Source of the DNA: Octopus vulgaris
Taxonomy: Eukaryota
DNA length: 64,000 bases
Assembly: GCA_951406725.2 (NCBI GenBank)
Contig: OX597835.1
Coordinates: forward strand, 12,028,001-12,092,000
Reading direction: 5' to 3'
This document shows positions 25,516 to 39,359 of this stretch, piece after piece. The notes beneath the pieces are model-generated. The model ran no database searches. It saw only the letters and a program-made list of their open reading frames with translations, and was not told the origin of the DNA. The position numbers were made by a program, and so were the translations under genes. The stretch's first letter is position 1. Each line of letters starts with the position of its first letter.

Positions 25516-25698
25516 CGGATGCAAACATCCGTGACATTAGACTTCATGAATGAAATGATACTTTCCTCTACAGGAATTACACACTGTCCTTAATTGACAA
25601 GGGAGCAGAACGAGCCCAAAATTTCAACATTTAAGAACTAAGATAAGCGAATCAAAATAGAAAGTCCTACCATAAATGTCCACTCACAGCCTTACAAA

Positions 25699-25839
25699 GG
25701 CGGCGAGCTGGCAGAAACGTTATTACACTGGGCGAAACATTTAGCGGTATTACGTCTGCCGTTACGTTCTGAGTTCAAATTCTGCCGAGGTCGACTTTGC
25801 CTTTCATCCTTTCGGGGTCGATAAATTAAGTACCAGTTA
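25699..25839 (+). mobile_element. SINE family B, 3'-truncated
   Basis: GGCGGCGAGCTGGCAGAAACG...AAGTACCAGTTA. Confidence 0.85.
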
Positions 25840-27049
25840 AAATATATTCAATTGAAATAATGTTCAGTAAAACGTAAAATTTTCTTATATTTCAGCGACG
25901 AAAAATGGCTGTAAGGAACGCGTTGCATTCGGAGGCCAAATTGAGGAAGAAATACTTCCATAGGTATCCTGCGTCAATTTTTGGTGTGATCATCTTATGT
26001 TCGCTTTCTTGTTTTAAATACTTCTTCAGGCAAAGAATTAGAGTGCTCTCTAACGCAGTGTAGCCTTTGATACTTCTAGGTTAGCGGTCTCTTTAAATTT
26101 AAAGATTCCTTATTTGAAGCAATCTCAGCAAAACGCTTTGATGTTGTCACTAGAAAAAGCTTGGTGTCATTTTTGTCTATATTTGTATTGCCAAACGTGG
26201 AATAAAAGTCTTCGTTGCTTAAAAATCATTATTTTCTTCTTTCGAAATTTCTGCACCGGTGCGAAGTAAATATTTTTTCTTTTGCTTGATGTCTGCAGAA
26301 ATATCTATAAACTTTCTTTGGAAGGGTGATGTATCTACTCTACTTGTTTTTCGGTCGCCATATTGTTAAAAATACGACAGAATGTCAAACCATAAATGTT
26401 GTATTAAACTGACTTTTGCTCCCAAACCTCCAGGCAGATGAATATAATAAATACATTTGTCCAGCACTCGTACAAACACATATGTAATCTATAAATTTTC
26501 TACGTTAAAAGCCTGCTAGTATATCCTGTCATGCAAATATCAAAATAACACCTCTTGAAAGCGCATGAAACAACAGCAGCAACAAATCGAAGAAGAAAGG
26601 AAAAAGTCGAGATTGTAATGAATCCAAAATGAAGATATAGTAGGAGGACAACAGCAAATGTCATCATAATAGACATATGGGATTTCCATTTAACGAGAAA
26701 AGACAGAGTTATGAATCTCTTATTACTGTGTTTTATTGCTGTAAAAATATACGTTCACATCACCGATCGGCCGCTCATATTTTTGTCTATTGTTGCTACT
26801 ACTTTTGGTGAAGTCGGCGCACGACAGAACCAACCAAAATATCTTTCAATCAAAATCACACCTGTAATATATATTTGTGATTCTAATAGAATTATCAGCT
26901 TTATAGTGAAAACTTGGTACTGTTTCACTTACCAGTTTAAAGACAGTTTATTTTATTCAACATGTCACAGTTAATAGAAGAATACAAACCACTGATCCAC
27001 GTACGTTACTAAGCTGCACTAAAAATGCAACCATTTTGTTGAGATCATG

Positions 27050-27550
27050 ATTCGGAGTTGCAAAATCGTTAGCGCGTCGCACAAAATGCTTAGCATCTTT
27101 CCTTCTGGTCCTATGTCATGAACTAGGACTTCACTGCCATCGACTTTACCTTTCATCCCCCCGAGGCCGATAATGTAGAGTACTAGTTAAATATAGGGGT
27201 CGATGGTATCGATGAATTCCTTTCGCTCTTGCAGAACTATTAGCACCTCGCCTGTCGCTACATTCTGAGTTCAAATTCCGCCGAGGTCGACCTTGCCTTC
27301 ATTTTTTCGGAGTCGATAAATTAAGTACTAGTGAAAAACTGGGGTTGATGTAATCGGCTAGTCCCCTCCCCCAAAATTTGAGGCCTTGTGCCTTTAGTAG
27401 AAAGTATTATTTCTGATTATTATCGGTAAAACTGAGCCGGTCAGCTGATATAATGACACGCCGGACAAAATACTCAGCGGCATTTCGTCCGTCTTTACAT
27501 TCTGAGTAACCAAGGCCAACTTTGCCTTTTATCTTTTTGGGTCGATGGTT
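27050..27550 (+). mobile_element. Cluster of degenerate SINE family B copies
   Basis: Repeated diverged cores at ~27140, ~27270 and ~27510. Confidence 0.65.
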
Positions 27551-27824
27551 AGCTTGGGTGGTTAAGCAGTTGTGGTCGATGAAAAAGATGGTGATAGTGT
27601 CTATAATTGACGGAGCCCTGAGAACAATGAGTAAAAAATCTTGAGAAGTACATAGAAAAAATAGAGGCTGCAATAAGGGTGAAGCACTTGCAGAAAACAG
27701 CACTGCTTGGAACCGCTCAAATAGTCTGGAAGGCGCTCGAAAAATAAGCGGTATTACCTTAGTTCACTGGTAGTGAACAGCTGACACCGTAGTTCATCTC
27801 CAGCGTTAGAAGTTGTGCAAAAGC

Positions 27825-28372
<548 letters not shown>

Positions 28373-28398
28373 ATAATAATAATAGTAATAATAATAAC

Positions 28399-28432
<34 letters not shown>

Positions 28433-28564
28433 TTAATAATAATAATAATATTAATAGTAATAATAGTAATAATAATAATAGTAATAATAGTAATAATAAT
28501 AATAATAATATTAATAATAATAATAATATTAATAGTAATAATAGTAATAATAATAATAGTAATA

Positions 28565-28616
<52 letters not shown>

Positions 28617-28617
<1 letters not shown>

Positions 28618-28810
28618 CCTTTCTACTATAGGCACAAGGCCTGAAATTTGGTGGGTGCTGACTAGTGGATGGCATCGACCTCTGTGTTTCACTGGTACTT
28701 ATTTTATCGACCCCGAAAGGATGAAAGGCAAAGCCGACTCCGGCGGAATTTGAACTCAAAAATCCAGTGACAGGTGAAATGCCGCTAAGCATTTCTTCCA
28801 GCGCGCTAAC
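28617..28810 (-). mobile_element. SINE family B variant (AGGCCTTGTGCC tail type)
   Basis: GACCCCGAAAGGATGAAAGGCAAAG...GGCGGAATTTGAACTC. Confidence 0.8.
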
Positions 28811-29392
28811 AACAACAACAACAACAACAATAATAATAATAATTGGTAGTAGCAGTAATAATAATGAGGGTAGTGATAATAATGCGACTGTGCTAAAGAG
28901 CTGCGCAGTAGTAGATACGATACAGCACTTTGCAGTATTTAATTCCATCTCATTACTTCGAATCCTCTCGAGTTCAATATTGCGTTTAATCATTCCGAAG
29001 TCGATACAATCAGTACCAGACAAATACTGTTATCGATTTAATCGACAACACGCCTTGCCCAGATTGTTAGCCTTTCACGATTCTTTATTAATCTTTATTA
29101 TTGTTATTAGATGGACGGCGAGCGACAGAATTAGTCGAAATATCTGTCAGGAATTTATTACGTGAATTTACATAATGACTTCCAATCCTACCGAAACTAA
29201 CTTTGATTTGTGTTCCCTTAGGTGCAATGAAATTACCATCAGTGAAATCCAGGGCTTTAAGTTATCCAATGTGGCCTCCTACAAATGTTATGCCTAAGAT
29301 AGAAATAATTATACAAGACAACAGAGTAACAGAAATAGTTAACACCCCAAGATAATATTTGTAGCTGTATCAGTTTCACAATTCACTGCATA

Positions 29393-29640
29393 ATCATCGT
29401 CATTTAACGTCCGTTTAACGTCCATTTTCCATGCTAGCAGGGGTTGGACGATTATACAGAGCTGCATCAGGTTCCATTATCTGCTTTAGCATGGTTTCTA
29501 CGACTGGATGCTCTTCAACTACTTTGCAGAGAGTACTAAGTGTGTTTTATGTGGCACCAACACTCGTGCTTTTTACGTTGAACCTGCATTAGCGGGGTAG
29601 CTAACTAAATTGTAAGACAAGGACCTTCAGCTGAGAGGTC
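29393..29640 (-). mobile_element. Degenerate retroelement 3' tail (RTE-type ...GGACGTTAAATGACGATGAT)
   Basis: Plus strand ATCATCGTCATTTAACGTCC...TTCCATGCTAGCAGGGGTTGGACG...ACGACTGGATGC. Confidence 0.55.
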
Positions 29641-29790
29641 TTCGTTCTGCAATTTCCTGGACAATCCCGCTGGTATTTGTAAAATCATTGAGCAATACAG
29701 CAAAGAGTTAATGAAAATATTTAAGGGAATGTCAATGGATGAAAGCTATAGATATAGGTTGTTTAATAACGTAATAATATTTCGGTATAA

Positions 29791-30021
29791 GGCGGCGAGC
29801 TGGCAGAATCGTTAGCACGCTAGGCGAAATGCTTAGCGGTATTTCGTCTGCCGCTACGTTCTGAATTCAAATTCCGCCGAGGTCGACTTTGCCTTTCATC
29901 CTTTCGAGGTCGATAAATTAAGTACCAGTTACGCACTGGGGTCGATGTAATCGACTTAGTCCCTTTGTCTGTCATTGTTTGTCCCATCTATGTTTAGCCC
30001 CTTGTGGGCAATAAAGAATTA
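29791..30021 (+). mobile_element. SINE family B, single unit
   Basis: TSD AATATTTCGGTATAA at 29776-29790 and 30022-30036. Confidence 0.92.
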
Positions 30022-30387
30022 AATATTTCGGTATAAATCCACTTTTCAAATATAAACAAATAATCAAAATGCTCATTGGATTCGTTGTATTCGATATACC
30101 ATCTATTTATGTTAAGGTAATATCTTTATCATTCATTGGTTAACCCCTCACTCGCATTGCTCAAAGTTTTACAAACACTTGTGTCATTCTTGTATACATT
30201 AATGCTTCGAGCAAATAACAATGTTCTTTTTACATTGTATTACATATAAGAGACACTATTGTAAGTGTATCTAGTTTACAGAACGTATCCCCTGGGGCAT
30301 TTTTCCTTAACTTTATTGCCGAATACTGTAGCCAGTATCGCTTTGCGCTTTTGAGAAAGAATATATTGTTACGCTTTTATCGGGTAA

Positions 30388-30817
30388 CTAGCAGCATAGC
30401 CCGGCGTTGCCCGGGTATGTAAGAGCCCCTAGTAGGCAACGACTAATCCCAATCTAGTTCTTTCCCTCTAGGGAACGAAGGCGCATGTGTAGGTTGCAAT
30501 GTCTTCTCTTCACTCGAATACTTCTATGTATAAGATGTTCCTAGCTGTCTCCCGATTGCAAGTTGCGAAAACTACAGCAGAAAATGTGTTGCATATAAAA
30601 AGCTTAGATTCTCGACCCCGTGTCGAATTTATCAATTTTTTTCAGAACTGGGGGGACTTTTCAAAATTTTCGCTGCGTTAGTTTTGAATTATGACATTGA
30701 GCTATGTGTGTGTCAAGTTTCATCAGAATCGGTTGAAAGCCGTGTTCAGGGTAAGGGTACAACCTGACAGCCACACAGACACACAGACAGACAAACTGCC
30801 GTTTATATATAGAGAGA
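30388..30817 (-). mobile_element. Non-autonomous Helitron (430 bp)
   Basis: Minus strand: A|TC start (TCTCTCTATATATAAACGGC), internal (CTGT)n, subterminal GC hairpin CCCGGGCAACGCCGGG, then CTAG|T end; no TSD. Confidence 0.85.
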
Positions 30818-31879
30818 TGATTCCGATATTACTTCTTAAGAAAGAGTGGACTATGGTGTCCTTGCTATTAAATTTCCTGTTGTGATAGGCAACAGCATGT
30901 AGGATATAATGTGTGTATGTTTTCACTGCCACCGGGAATTGAGACACCACAGAGTTCATGTATGGGTGGCGGGGTCAGTGAGTGACTACTATCTACAATG
31001 CAAATGTGAAGTTAGGCAGAAAGATTCTCTGTATTGTAAAATTTCCGACCGAAATTTGAACAGAAATCGTAAAATAGGAAGATTAGATGCTGCTGTAAAA
31101 AATAGCCAGACAAACAGTCTGCACTTTCTCTTCCTGTTCATGGAACTTGTTTCATCTAAATTGCTAATTAAGTTAACAAGTCTGTTTGGAACATAGATCA
31201 ATGGAGAGGTAGCAACATATGCGACTATGTCGGCATTAGTCTCAAGAAATATACTTATGTTTTTAGTATGGTAGCAAATGTAAGTTAATAGAAATCTATT
31301 AAATAAAAGATAAAAATGATTTAGACTTTGGAATAAAGTCTTACGATATTATTGTGAAGAGAACGATGATGAATAAACATTTCCGAAGTTCTACATGCAT
31401 TCAATATATACGCTGCGGGTGTTTAATGAGCACGAGTATAGGAATGGAAATTAATTACAATAGAAGAGAGTGGAATGGTATCAATGCTAAATAAATGAGT
31501 TTCATAAAACATGGCGTGAGAAACGATAGCTTAATGAATCTAAGCAAGAATTTAGTAAGTTTTACTTACTATTCATACGTATAATTCTAATAAGGATTAT
31601 AAAGATAGTACTTATTAGTAAGGCAAAACTTTAGATTACTTTTATGGTATTGATGCTCAAAAACAAAAATTAAACATATTCCCCAGTTAATGATGTATTT
31701 TCAAAGCTCACGTACATAATGATATATTGGAAGTCTTCGAATTTCTTCGTGTTGTTCCTTTAATAAGCATCGTGTGATGCAAAACTGCAAGTGATGTCAC
31801 GAAAAGAATAAGATATCTAAGTATATATGCAGACAGACTGTGTGGGAGAGAAAAGCAGATTTATGTAGACATATATAGC

Positions 31880-31969
<90 letters not shown>

Positions 31970-31980
31970 GACAGATAGAC

Positions 31981-32053
<73 letters not shown>

Positions 32054-32101
32054 TATATAGATAGATAGACAGACAGATAGATAGATAGATGATAGACAGA
32101 C

Positions 32102-32175
<74 letters not shown>

Positions 32176-32185
32176 ATAGATAGCG
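31880..32185. repeat. (GATA)n microsatellite
   Basis: Seen directly. Confidence 0.95.
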
Positions 32186-32732
32186 ATAGAGGGGGAGAGA
32201 AACGTACGTACATACATGCATACATAGATACATATATAAATACATACATACATACATACTTACACGCATACATACATAGACAGACAGAGCGATATTCATG
32301 TATCTACAATCACCCGCGTATATGTGTTACATATATGTTGTATATGTATGAATTTATGTATGTATGTATGTATTATGTAAGTGTATGTGCGTGCGTCTGT
32401 GTGTGTTTATACAAACACAAAGAAATACATAGATATGTATGTATGTATAAATGTGCGTATATATATATATATATATATATGTGTGTATGTATGTATGTAT
32501 GACGTAGTATTATTCTCTTTGGCGCAGAAAACTAAAAGCTAAATAATTTTCTGCTAGCCTAAATCATGGTTTACTGATCACTAATTAGAGGCCAACTATT
32601 TTATTCTTCTGCTCACGAACAAACCTTATAGAAAATCGCTATTTAAATCAAACACAAATGTTGAACTACAATAATATCTCACAATATATGTGCATATATA
32701 CGTATGAATGTACATATGTATGTATACATACA

Positions 32733-32818
<86 letters not shown>

Positions 32819-33000
32819 GTATGTGGCTAAGCAACCTGTTGCCTGCCTCTTTTATTTATATACAAAAATATATATTGAACTTTTATAAAAGTTCCTACCG
32901 TTAATGGTTATATTTACATGCCGAAATCTACCCGTAAGTAATATAATTGTTGTTTTTTTAAAAGAAAAACTATTAAAGATATTATTTACTTTTATTATAT

Positions 33001-33058
<58 letters not shown>

Positions 33059-33084
33059 GTATATATATGTGTGTGTATATATAT

Positions 33085-33260
33085 ATAATCTCCACTTTTG
33101 CTGTCTTCCAATCTGGTCCCCAACGTCGCTGTGAGCGCTAGATCATCTGCATGATGTAGAAGATATTCCATCAGCATTGCCCAAATGATGTTCGCATCAC
33201 CTTTAAGATACACCCAAGACTTGAGCACCCTGCTATCTGCCCACAACATGAATCACACTT
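33085..33260 (-). pseudogene. Decayed reverse-transcriptase fragment (non-LTR)
   Basis: LLHHADDLALTA resembles the LLYADDL.L catalytic motif. Confidence 0.45.
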
Positions 33261-33497
33261 GTATCTTATAACAACAATACGGGACAATTCTTTCACCTCA
33301 ATTGGTCCTGCTCTCTTTAATATTACACCAAAAACTCATTAAATTAGAAACAGACCTCCGTAAACAATAACTCTCTACTCGTGTGGACCAAGTTGTCCGA
33401 TTCCTGATTTGAAAGAATTTGTCAGGTGGTGCGATTAAGTTAGACATGGCCTGGGCCAATACTGGCCGAAACCTATCAAAGTATCAAGGTGTATAGA

Positions 33498-33545
<48 letters not shown>

Positions 33546-33546
<1 letters not shown>

Positions 33547-33651
33547 AAGAGACCGATAGAATAAGTACTAGGCTCATAAAGAATAAGTCCTAGGGTCGAT
33601 TTGCTCGACTAAAGGTGAGTGCTCCAACATAGCCAGTAAAAGGGTAAAAGA

Positions 33652-33653
<2 letters not shown>
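33546..33653 (+). mobile_element. SINE family A 3' fragment between (TA)n tracts
   Basis: GAGACCGATAGAATAAGTACTAGG...GGTCGATTTGCTCGACTAAAGG. Confidence 0.75.
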
Positions 33654-33731
<78 letters not shown>

Positions 33732-35065
33732 CTTGGATTGGATTGGATTGGTTTTCTCATGTTCAGTCCTCTACAGGACGATGGCCTCACCTATATCTGT
33801 AAATATTCTTCAGATACATTAAGAATGTATTTTCCAGTAACTTCCGGGGCAGCTGCTGAAGGAACCGAAAATAAGGGTGTAGACTTTGCATCAAACATTT
33901 ACTGATTATTTGCACATTTGTAGAATTCTCTTAAAATATGCACGATCCGTAAAACTCTCTTCACATGCAGTTCTTCTATGATATTAAAAAGTACTCTTTT
34001 CCATATAAACGGGAATTGATGGTTTTAATGTCAACGTAGGACAAAATTTCTCCAATAGGCGGTCACAGATAAAAAGAAAAAAAGTGTTATCGTAATCTGA
34101 AGTGAATTTAGGTTTCAAGGAGTTAAAACGTATGGGCTTTACTGAACGAGGCATTACAGAGAAGAAAGTAGAAGAAACCGGAATATAGAAAAGACTGTTC
34201 TGAGGACAAACGAGAAAAAATTTTGAATTATACGCTTTAACCACTTTAACTCCGTTAAACAATTTCCAGATTTTCACACAACTACAAACGGAATATGAAC
34301 GTGTGTTAAAATGGAATTCTTTTTTGAAATGTAATATCTCTTTGAATTATTAATATTAATGCTATAATATTATTCAGTGAGAAGGCCCAAAAGGCTGAAC
34401 AGTACTTGTGTAGTTAGTGAAGAATAAATCGTTGGAATTAAATGCATATGTAGAATTAAGAAAGTGAGAAAATCCACTACCTCATCCTTCGCTGTTTTCT
34501 TATTCTGTTCTGCTTTCCTGCCGATTGATCAAGTACCCTTCTACCGCACGCTGCGTTTGTATTAGGAAAAATAAAACATCCCCAAAAGCACCGATGGAAT
34601 CCATTACGCTGTTGGCGTTAGTTGCATACGTAAGGAAATTGCACACTGCCTCATTTCTCTACAATGTTGGATTAACATAGTAAATCATCCAGGACAGACA
34701 AGAAATCTGTTATTCTCTAATTTATTTGCTTTAACAATGAACACGAAGATTGCATGAACAGGAACTGCGTGTAAGCGGTTGGACAGCCACGTTAAATAAT
34801 GCATCATACACTGTCTATCCACAAACAAGATGATGCCTTTATCAACTAAGAGTACTTAAATATATGTGTATACATATATACATATACATATATATATATA
34901 ATATAAATATATATATATATATACATACATATATATACCTACATATATCTATATGTATATATATATATATATATACATATATATAGAGAGAGAGAGAAAG
35001 AACAGTTAGGTTCTATATATATAGAAAAAACAGTTAGGTTCTATAACCACAAACCAACTTTCTTA

Positions 35066-35143
<78 letters not shown>

Positions 35144-35146
<3 letters not shown>

Positions 35147-35272
35147 GGTGTCCCAAAAAAATGTATACACACCTTAAATAATTGTAAATTTGTTATTCTT
35201 TGTAAGCCTAGTACTTATTCTATCGTTCTCTTTTGCCGAACCACTATGTGTATACATTTTTTTGGGGACACC

Positions 35273-35275
<3 letters not shown>
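35144..35275. mobile_element. Tc1/mariner-type MITE (132 bp) in (TA)n
   Basis: TIRs CAGGGTGTCCCAAAAAAATGTATACAC / GTGTATACATTTTTTTGGGGACACCCTG with TA on both sides. Confidence 0.85.
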
Positions 35276-35302
<27 letters not shown>

Positions 35303-35307
<5 letters not shown>

Positions 35308-35617
35308 TCATAAGATACAGTGTACATTTAAACACATGAGGAATCCACTTATAGAATTCAACACGCTAGAAAGAACAGTTAGGTTCTATAACCACAAAAA
35401 TTAGGAATAAAATTCGACAGGAACGAAAACTAAAATCAGAAACCAATTGGGCCAGGAAACTAGATGGTAAAATGTTTTTTTTTCATTTCGTTCCCGTTGA
35501 ATTTTATCCCTAATTTTTGTGGCTATAGAACCTAGCTGTTCTTTCTAGCGTGTTGAATTCTTATGAGTGGATTCCTCATGTGTTTAAATATACACTATAT
35601 CGTATGACTAATATATA
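35303..35617. repeat. Fold-back element with ~125-bp inverted arms
   Basis: TTTAAACACATGAGGAATCCACT..AGAATTCAACACGCTAGAAAGAACAG.TAGGTTCTATA.CCACAAAAATTAGG and its reverse complement at ~35485-35615. Arm fragments also occur at 34996-35053. Confidence 0.85.
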
Positions 35618-35695
35618 GTCTTTTGGACAAAATCTTTACACGTTAGACCACTGAAAATGTAAATTTTAATTAATTTCCAATTCCCTTTGATATAA

Positions 35696-35734
<39 letters not shown>

Positions 35735-35737
<3 letters not shown>

Positions 35738-35917
35738 CGCCATGTTGATTCGCTAGCTTCTGCACGCATTTTTTTCTCTCCTTGTTTCTCTCCGTGTTTC
35801 TTTTCTGTGTAACGTAAAAGACTTGTTTTATTTATATTCCTGAGCGCCATACTAATACAATTGTTTGTTTGTATCCCACCTGCCTTCGTCTTTTGTTTAT
35901 TTTCATAAAGCTTCCCG

Positions 35918-35920
<3 letters not shown>
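35735..35920 (+). mobile_element. Same family as 586-785, hammerhead core deleted
   Basis: Colinear (TCGCCATG...TTCCTGAGCG...CCACCTG.CTTCGTCTTTTG), flanked by (TA)n. Confidence 0.7.
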
Positions 35921-35959
<39 letters not shown>

Positions 35960-36778
35960 CATTCGTTTCAGCTTATCGAATTTCGATGTGGGAATAATTT
36001 ACAACCTTCTACGTAAATAAACCACTGTTGTTCCTGAAAGTTATTTTTTATACCTTCTACGGACTGCTCGAAGCTTACTAACCTCTTGGATCCTTATATA
36101 CCTGAATCCTTGGATCTTATCTTATCACATATAATTGTGCGTGTATGTGTGTGTGTTTGTGTGTATGTATGTGTGTGTGTGTATTATGTGTGTGAGTGTG
36201 TATAAATTGAAGATATAACCATTAAAATTATCATACCAGTGACCAGCGTATAAAAACCAGCACATCGATAAAATTGATATTTAAGTATATAATTATGAAA
36301 ATTATAATTATAATTAAGGGCGCTGGAGGGACAACGCCAGTGCGCTAGAAGTAGAGGTCAAATGTCTACAGACCACTCAAAATTTGTTTTTCTTTTTGTA
36401 CAAGGCTGGATGCGAGGAAATAGACAAGAAAATTTATAAACTTTTGGACTATTCCTATCTTACGATTTCCTTCTTTGTACTAAAAATTGCTTTACACTCA
36501 TCAGTAGAAATATAGCTTCAATATATGAGTGAAAAATATATATACATACCGGTAAATACTTGTGTACAGAAAACCAATATATACATACATTTCCCACGTA
36601 TACCATTTAATACCAATGATCAACTTCTAATTGTTCATTGTTGCTCCGTCTGAATATATTAAACCACGATTTACCATTTAAATTACTGTTAACCTTAGAG
36701 CATAATTAGATATTACACCAGTAATGTCTATGGATACATTTATCCCTTAGACGGTTGCATAACCTCTAACTCATAATT

Positions 36779-36838
<60 letters not shown>

Positions 36839-36844
36839 CAACAT

Positions 36845-36997
36845 GGAGATGGAGGAGGAGGAGGAGGAGGAGGAGGAGAAGAAGAAGAAGAAGAAGGAGA
36901 AGGAGAAGAAGGAGAAGGAGGAGAAGAAGAAGAAGAAGAAGAAGAAGAAGAAGAAGAAGAAGGCGACTATGAAGAAGAAAAAGAAGAAGAAGAAGAA

Positions 36998-37039
<42 letters not shown>

Positions 37040-37095
37040 AGCAATGATGATGATGATGATGATGATAGCAATGATGATGATGATGGTGATGATGA
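36845..37095. repeat. (GAG)n-(AAG)n-(GAT)n compound tract
   Basis: Seen directly. Confidence 0.95.
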
Positions 37096-38050
37096 TTAAA
37101 AAGTCCAGGCAGATATCAATAAAGCTCTCAGTTTTAAACGAATTTGGTTAATTACATCAAACAATCAGACACCATTAAATGCAAGTAGAATAAACATGGA
37201 AGGCAATTCCTCATGAATGACAAGAAGATCCAAATATTATTTAGAAGAATATCAAGAAATTCAAAGGATTAGACAACGAAAATACGTATGGAGAAAATCA
37301 CAACTTTAATTATAGAATTCATCTTACAAAGCCGACAATTGCTTCTATTGTATTAGCATCTTTTGGTAGAGATAACATCATTGAAATTAATATTTCCGAA
37401 AATATATTTTAACACGTTTTCAAGGTAGTCTAAAATTAGTTAAATTCAAAGGGAACTAAGGAGATATCTCCAGTACACAAACATGTGTGTGTGTGTGTGT
37501 GTGCATTGCAAGGTGAATTCTACAATTAAAGATGTGATTTTCTCTATCCGTATTTTTGTTATACAAAGGTCAAGACGTACCACAGTGATGTTGGTAACTT
37601 TTGTGGTGGGGTACTTAATAAGAATGGGGGAGGTCCTGTTTATTTATCTATACAATTAGATAAACTGTTATTATTAATTAAGTCAGTGGTTGATCTAATT
37701 AGCGTCTGCTGTATTGTGCCAAAGTTCATTAACTATCATGCAAGCGCCAGGTATACTTGTATGCGTCTATTCTTATACACACTTACATAGATGTAGAAGT
37801 ATCTATGTACAGGAATGTGTTTAAGTGTATAAACCCATAGAGATGCGCCTATTGAAGTATGTAAACGTGCCTATATATACATATAGGTATATAGACTCAA
37901 CTGTGTGGATATGTGCGAGTACGCGTGAGCACGTGTCTATCTTTATGTCGGTATTTATGAGTAAACAAGAGCCATAAAGACACGCGAGCCCGACCCAGTG
38001 GAGCGTACTCCCAGCATGTTTGACGACCCCCGAAGAGGTATGGTCTCTCT

Positions 38051-38650
38051 GGCGGTGAGCTGGCAGAATCGTTAGCACACCGGGTGAAATGCTCAGCGGT
38101 ATTTCGTCTGCCGCTACGTTCTGAGTTCAAATTCCGCCGAGGTCGACTTTGCCTTTCATCCCTTCGGGGTCGATTAAATAAGTACCAGTTACGCACTGGG
38201 GTCGATATAATCGACTTAATCCGTTTGTCTGTCCTTGTTTGTCCTCTCTGTGTTTAGCCCCTTGTGGGTAGTAAAGAAATAGGTATTTCGTCTGCCGCTA
38301 CGTTCTGAGTTCAAATCCGCCGAGGTCGACTTTGCCTTTCATCCCTTCGGGGTCGATTAAATAAGTACCAGTTACGCACTGGGGTCGATATAATCGACTT
38401 AATCCGTTTGTCTGTCCTTGTTTGTCCTCTCTGTGTTTAGCCACTTGTGGGTAGTAAAGAAATAGGTATTTCGTCTGCCACTACGTTCTGAGTTCAAATC
38501 CGCCGAGGTCGACTTTGCCTTTCATCTCTTCGGGGTCGATTAAATAAGTACCAGTTACGCACTGGGGTCGATATAATCGACTTAAACCGTTTGTCTGTCC
38601 TTGTTTGTCCACTCTGTGTTTAGCCCCCTGTGGGTAGTAAAGAAATAGGT
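38051..38650 (+). mobile_element. SINE family B concatemer: head + 3 units (183-184 bp)
   Basis: Units at 38098, 38282, 38465. TSD AGGTATGGTCTCTCT at 38036-38050 and 38647-38661. Confidence 0.92.
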
Positions 38651-38819
38651 ATGGTCTCTCTGGCCATTAATCGTCACTGACTTTAATAACGTCTACTCAA
38701 TTGCGTGTGCGAGCGTGTGTATGTGGACCAGACCATGCGTGCATGTGTGTGCGTATATACGCGCACCAGACTACGTGTGTGTGTGTGTGTGTGTGCAGTG
38801 GTATATCCATATCTACTAA

Positions 38820-39025
38820 CTCTTTTTATTTTTTTATTCTTTTATTTGTTTCAGTCATTTGACTACGGCCATGCTGGAACACCGCCTTTAGTCAAACAAA
38901 TCGATCTTATTCTATCGGTCACTTTTGCCGGACCGCTAAGTTACGGGGACGTAAACACACAAACATCGGTTATCAAGTGATGGAGGGGGACAAACACAGA
39001 CACACACACACGCACACACACACAC

Positions 39026-39062
<37 letters not shown>

Positions 39063-39240
39063 GATGGTGTGTGTGTGTGTGTGTGTGTGTGTTTCCGTCA
39101 GTTTCCGTCTACCAAATCCACTCACAAGGCTTTGGTCGGCCCGAAGCTATAGTAGAAGGCACTTGCCAAAGGTACCACCCAGTGGGACTGAACCCGAAGC
39201 CATGTGGTTGGTAAGCAAGTTACTTACCACACAGCTACGG
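38820..39240 (-). mobile_element. SINE family A
   Basis: Colinear with family A, with an internal deletion. Confidence 0.85.
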
Positions 39241-39359
39241 TTATGTATAATAAATTATTTTTTACTTTATTGTATATTTGTTTCTTTTTGCATTTGATTT
39301 GTTATCGATCTTCTATGAGAAAGAGGTAGTATCCGTCATTTTGCCATTTCTACCTACGA

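Noticed and set aside
25860-26400. Complex sequence with a possible minus-strand start ATGGCGACC
   Set aside because: Early stops and no recognisable domain.
36843-37151. ATG-initiated poly-E/K/M ORF
   Set aside because: Compound trinucleotide microsatellite.
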